Below, piece by piece: positions 62,940 to 64,000 of a stretch of 64,000 nt of DNA. Each line of letters begins with the position of its first letter. The stretch's first letter is position 1. The notes below the pieces were generated by a model that was not told where the DNA came from, made no database searches, and worked only from the letters and a program-made list of their open reading frames with translations. This stretch comes from Selaginella moellendorffii. Lineage: Eukaryota > Plantae > Lycopodiophyta. The stretch covers positions 680,453 through 744,452 of the forward strand of contig NW_003314270.1 of the NCBI RefSeq assembly GCF_000143415.4, read 5' to 3'. A program made the translations under genes and the position numbers.

Positions 62940-64000
62940 ATGGCAGCCTCGTTGAGTGGCAAAACCTCGTTCTTGCATCTTTGTTCATACTGTTTCTTCG
63001 TTTTCCTCTCAATGCAGGTTGAAGCTATCGTCCCAGGCCTTTCGTCCAACCGGTACGAAGTTTTGATCCTTCTCTCAATTATCTTTTTGTTTTCCACAGG
63101 ACGCGGAGTTTACTGCAAACTTTGAGCACAGGCAACGCTATAGACGATTGCCGAAAAAGTGCCGTCGACTGGAACAGCGATCGAATGCACATGGCCGGCT
63201 GTGGAATCGGGTTTGGCAGCGGTGCCTTCGGCGGAGCTAACGGGAACTACTACACGGTGACAGACCCGAGCGACGATCCACTGAATCCACAGCCGGGAAC
63301 GCTCCGCTACGCAGTGATCCAGGAAGAGCCGGTGTGGATTGTCTTCCAGAGCGACATGACCATCACTCTCCGGAACGAGCTCGTAGTCAACAGCCACAAA
63401 ACTTTAGATGGACGAGGAGCAAGCGTTCACATCGCCCACGGCGCATGCATCACGATCTTCCGGGCTAGCCGCGTGATCATCCACGGCCTAAACATCCATC
63501 ACTGCGTCACGACCGAGGGAGGATGGGTGGCGACCAAGCCGGGCCACTTAAGTCACCGGGGCCGAGCCGACGGCGATGGGATCCGGGTCTTTGAGTCGCA
63601 CCACGTCTGGATCGACCACAACAGCTTCTGGGAGTGTCACGACGGCCTCGTCGACGTTCTTCACGGCTCAAACTTCATCACCATCTCCAACAATCACTTC
63701 CACGACCACGACAAGGTTACGTGTTCTTTTAAGTTGTAGCGTTTTTCTTTCTCTTCTTGACTGGAAACCATGTAGGTGATGCTTCTGGGCCATGCTGACG
63801 AGTCGGAGCTCGACCATGATATGAAGATCACGGTGGTTTACAACAGGTTTGGACCCAGATGCGTGCAGCGAATGCCCAGGTGCTTTATTTTCCCAGTTCT
63901 TCAATAGAACTCTTGAAAACTTTATTCTATAGATGCCGGTTTGGATACTTCCATGTAGCAGACAATGACTACCACGCCTGGGAGATGTATGCGATCGGTG
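62940..64000 (+). CDS. Pectate lyase (PL1), truncated by the window end
   Basis: Signal peptide; [63 protein letters not shown]. Confidence 0.96.

Noticed and set aside
19244-64000. Cell-wall or metabolic gene cluster (FUT, P450, AXS, pectate lyase)
   Set aside because: AXS is a broken half-gene, the genes are far apart and separated by unrelated loci, and no shared pathway is supported.

Overview
Compact, intron-containing land-plant genomic DNA. Introns are mostly 45-95 nt and the genes are tightly packed; this resembles a lycophyte such as Selaginella, which is an inference and not a database result. The window has three zones. (1) 1-23 kb, gene-dense: a PB1-domain B4 Raf-like kinase with an in-frame 195-bp tandem duplication, a PIN auxin efflux carrier, a plastid LON substrate-binding-domain protein, an OTU pseudogene, a very AT-rich intronless secreted bulb-type lectin ORF, RIF1, a GT37 fucosyltransferase and a CYP71-clan P450. 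(2) About 23-60 kb, an accessory block of transposons and pseudogenes: a young non-autonomous LTR element (5-bp TSD, VNTR-bearing LTRs, ORF-less internal domain built largely of short stem-loops), hAT, Helitron/RPA and probable KDZ/Zisupton relics, two long-range inverted duplications, AXS, PPR and F-box fragments, a small spliced Pro-rich secreted-peptide gene, a long-TIR element, and a partly inverted pseudogene copy of the P450. (3) 60-64 kb: a head-to-head pair of a thylakoid pentapeptide-repeat gene and an Mpv17/PMP22 gene, then a 3'-truncated pectate lyase. The most interesting candidates are the structured-RNA LTR element, with a duplicated covarying RNA domain and twin T-loop hairpins, and the AT-rich lectin island, which may be a Gnk2/DUF26-like + B-lectin fusion. 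All alignments and base pairings were done by eye.
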